64,000 bases of DNA from the IMG/VR virus record IMGVR_UViG_3300050821_018098; one strand, given 5' to 3'. Made by a program: the position numbers and the translations under genes. Each line of letters opens with the position of its first letter. Position 1 is the first letter of the stretch. The DNA comes from a virus (taxonomy: Duplodnaviria; Heunggongvirae; Uroviricota; Caudoviricetes). The notes beneath the pieces are model-generated. The model searched no databases. It was not told where the DNA came from and was given only the letters and a program-made list of their open reading frames with translations. Positions 61,548 through 64,000 of the stretch are shown one piece after another.

Positions 61548-62318
61548 TTAGTCCTTTTTAAGGCTGTAATGTTTATCGTAGGCTTTATTCTTTAAATCAA
61601 AAATTTTATCAATATATCCATTTCTTCTAAGAAGTTTGAATACAAGATTTTCCACTGAGTATTCACCTTCAGCTCTAAGACCAGCCTGACGACCTTTCTT
61701 AATTTTATCCCAGATATCTTTTATTCGTTCTCTGAACTCAGCATAGTCTAAAGTATTAATATCAGCTTCAATATCATCTACTGTATCCATAATAGACTCA
61801 GCCTTGATTTTAATCAATACATCATCTATTTTAACATTTTTAGGGTGAGGTTTCAGTATCCATTTATCATTTAGTAAAGAATAAATACCTGTAGAATCAT
61901 GTTCAGCATTTATGTCTTGCATATACAATTCAACATCATAGTCCAAAATTTTAATATCATGAATAGTGTTAAATTCTCTTGTAACAGATAAAAGATAATT
62001 TTGTACAAGTGTTACATCAGAATTAACCTTAGAAAAATCTAATAAAATATGTAAGTCTATATCACTGTACTCAGACCATGTAAAGTTACAATTCGATCCA
62101 GTTAGTATTATATCAGTATACTCAATACCAAGTTCAAAAGTTTTATAAAAATCTTCTGCTATACCTAATAACTTCTCACGAATTATAGGTTTTATCTTAT
62201 CATCTGTTTCCCATATTAAAGGATTCAGTTCTTTTTTAACAGCAAAGCTCTTCAGAGGTTTTTCGATATCTTGTTCATGAGATCTTTCTGTTATAAAATC
62301 GATATAATTCTTAAGCAT
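61548..62318 (-). CDS. Pol-beta superfamily nucleotidyltransferase
   Basis: ILTGSNCNFTWSEYSDIDLH, DVELY; MLKNYIDFITE start. Confidence 0.85.
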   Translation of the reverse strand: MLKNYIDFITERSHEQDIEKPLKSFAVKKELNPLIWETDDKIKPIIREKLLGIAEDFYKTFELGIEYTDIILTGSNCNFTWSEYSDIDLHILLDFSKVNSDVTLVQNYLLSVTREFNTIHDIKILDYDVELYMQDINAEHDSTGIYSLLNDKWILKPHPKNVKIDDVLIKIKAESIMDTVDDIEADINTLDYAEFRERIKDIWDKIKKGRQAGLRAEGEYSVENLVFKLLRRNGYIDKIFDLKNKAYDKHYSLKKD

Positions 62319-63382
62319 GTAACTTAATGATATTTAACTTATATATCAAAGAAATTTATAATGAAATCTATTGATTACTAAGGCAGCTAAACCTAATATT
62401 GTAACACTTCGATAAAACAGAGGTAGTATTACATCATTAAACAATGTACCTTTATATTTACTACCAACGATATTATGTAATTGTAAGAAAACAATCCGGA
62501 AAGATATTAAACCAACAAAGAATATCCATTGTGAAGTCATAATACCAATCAGACAATAAAACAATAAGAAGTACTTTAGAAATAACCCATACATGATATG
62601 CTGTTGTATTAGTGGTTGGAGATTATTCCAGTCTTTACTAAGATCTATATTCTCACCAGAATTCATTAATTCTCTGGCTATGTTAACTCGTAGTTTCCAT
62701 GATGACATATCTGAAAACAATATTAGAATAGACACTATAGCAACAAAATAGAAAATATAAATGTGTAGCATAATCAAATGGATTTACATTTTATAGAATA
62801 AATATTTCTTTAGTTTAAACTTTTTACCATTTTTCATCTATTAAATTAAAAACCAAATTATTGTTTTATGGGAAAGAAAGAAAAAGAACACAAAAAGAGA
62901 TCGCAAAATAGAACTCAAAGACTTAAAGATACTTTGAATCATAATAAAAAGCAGTATAAAGCCTGGATGGAAGAAACCAAGAAAGTACAAGCTCAGATAA
63001 CTAAGGAATATCAAATGGCTCAACTTATCCAGAAGAACATTGACGATGTTAGAAATAAAGCACCAGAGATTTTCATAGTAAATGAAGATGGTACATATAA
63101 GTATAATACCGAATTAGTATCTGTTAATGATAAAGATGAAGTAGTATTTATTACTAGTAGTATTCCGGTATTTGAAACTTATAGTGATAAAAAAATAACA
63201 GCTCAACAATATTTAGAAATCATCAAAGACTTAACAGAAAATGAAAATACGGAAAAAGAAGAAATTCCGGAAATTGTTATTGATGAACCAATGGTTACGA
63301 TGCCAGCAAATGATGTAATACTCATTGAAGGTGTAACTAAGGATGATCTTCCTGAATAATTTTTCGCTTCTTTAATTATTCT

Positions 63383-63413
63383 AAAAGCCTGATAACAATA
63401 TCAGGCTTTTTTT
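63383..63413 (+). terminator. intrinsic terminator
   Basis: AAAAGCCTGATA-acaa-TATCAGGCTTTTTTT. Confidence 0.85.
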
Positions 63414-63429
63414 ATTAGATAGATAAAAC

Positions 63430-63789
63430 ATGAACCAATTAAACGAGCATATACTTGAATTTTTAAAACTAATAAAGATTGATTTATCTGACCGAGAAGA
63501 ATCTTTTAGTCAATGTAAAAAAGTTTCTATTATGCTTGTTCAATATCTTAAAAGAAATTCAATCAACGCTGAGCTTATTAAAGTCAGTAGCTTTTTGAAA
63601 GGAGGATTCACACAAATTCATTCTAAATGGTGTATCATAGAAAGAAATTTCTGGAGTCATTATATCGTTAAAGTAGGCGATATTTATGTAGATTTAACAT
63701 GGAATCAATTTATACCAGGATCTTCAGTACCAACATATTTTACTGAAGAAAATATTATATATTACTGGGAAAATTACTACGTAGTTTAA
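63430..63789 (+). CDS. small papain/transglutaminase-like (C-H-D) protein
   Basis: SQCKKVS, SHYIVKV, YVDLTWNQF. Confidence 0.45.
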   Translation: MNQLNEHILEFLKLIKIDLSDREESFSQCKKVSIMLVQYLKRNSINAELIKVSSFLKGGFTQIHSKWCIIERNFWSHYIVKVGDIYVDLTWNQFIPGSSVPTYFTEENIIYYWENYYVV

Positions 63790-63821
63790 TTTATAAGAAG
63801 ATTTCCTTGACTAACAACAAG

Positions 63822-64000
63822 GGGGGTTCTGACCTCCATTTGAGGTGCTTCAACATCGCTATAGATGCAGAGCCAAATGTTATAAAAGGTGTTGATGGCC
63901 TCCAATTGAGATGCTTCAACATCCATCGATTTAAAAGGATGTTCGCTTGGCAAGGTGTTTCTGGCCTCCAATTGAGATGCTTCAACATCTCGTGTACTTT
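63822..64000 (-). CRISPR. CRISPR array, 36-bp repeats and 30-bp spacers, type VI-B-like, truncated by the window edge
   Basis: Repeats at 63822-63857 (degenerate), 63888-63923 and 63954-63989 (GGTGTTTCTGGCCTCCAATTGAGATGCTTCAACATC); unique spacers at 63858-63887 and 63924-63953; third spacer begins at 63990. Confidence 0.88.

Noticed and set aside
63430-63789. ORF beside the array as a Cas protein
   Set aside because: Only 119 aa, no RxxxxH HEPN, RuvC, Cas1, Cas2 or Cas6 motifs; it looks like a C-H-D papain-like protein.
63786-63988. ORFs 63786-63971 and 63791-63988 with repeated peptides
   Set aside because: The 66-bp CRISPR period is a multiple of three, so the repeats give spurious open frames.
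1-64000. Stop-codon reassignment, as in some jumbo and crAss-like phages
   Set aside because: Core genes are uninterrupted in code 11, TAG, TGA and TAA all end genes (MCP ends in TAG), and no suppressor tRNA is present in the window.
1-64000. Nucleus-forming jumbo phage markers (chimallin, PhuZ, multi-subunit RNAP)
   Set aside because: None recognised; the structural genes are T4-like.

Overview
This window is part of an AT-rich, T4-like jumbo myovirus genome. Bacteroidota-type TTTG...TAnnTTTG promoters suggest a Bacteroidota host (inference). The structural core comprises portal, prohead protease/scaffold, major capsid protein, tail tube, a very large sheath, neck, baseplate and tail-fibre-like genes. 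It is interspersed with accessory genes: CYTH, NDT-Nudix, ArgRS, GH19 endolysin, rhomboid, gp46, RNase HII-like, DnaJ, IF3, HD hydrolase, nucleotidyltransferase and ART-like proteins. The strongest novel signal is two tRNA operons, each preceded by a tiny leader ORF and an intrinsic terminator, where the leader codons match the anticodons of the downstream tRNAs. One leader (MQAQQQPM) precedes tRNA-Gln and tRNA-Met. The other (AGA-TGG-CAT-CGT-CGT-ACA-AGA) precedes tRNA-His, Trp, Arg(ACG), Arg(UCU), Thr and argS. This looks like ribosome-mediated attenuation that switches on exactly the tRNAs that become limiting. Other notable items are a type VI-B-like CRISPR array cut off by the right edge, about a dozen proteins with a T4-like capsid-targeting N-terminus, a small protein copying the capsid N-arm, an RNase HII with two catalytic Asp-to-Asn changes, and a cassette flanked by 24-bp inverted repeats. 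All family calls come from motif recognition by eye; no database searches or folding programs were run.
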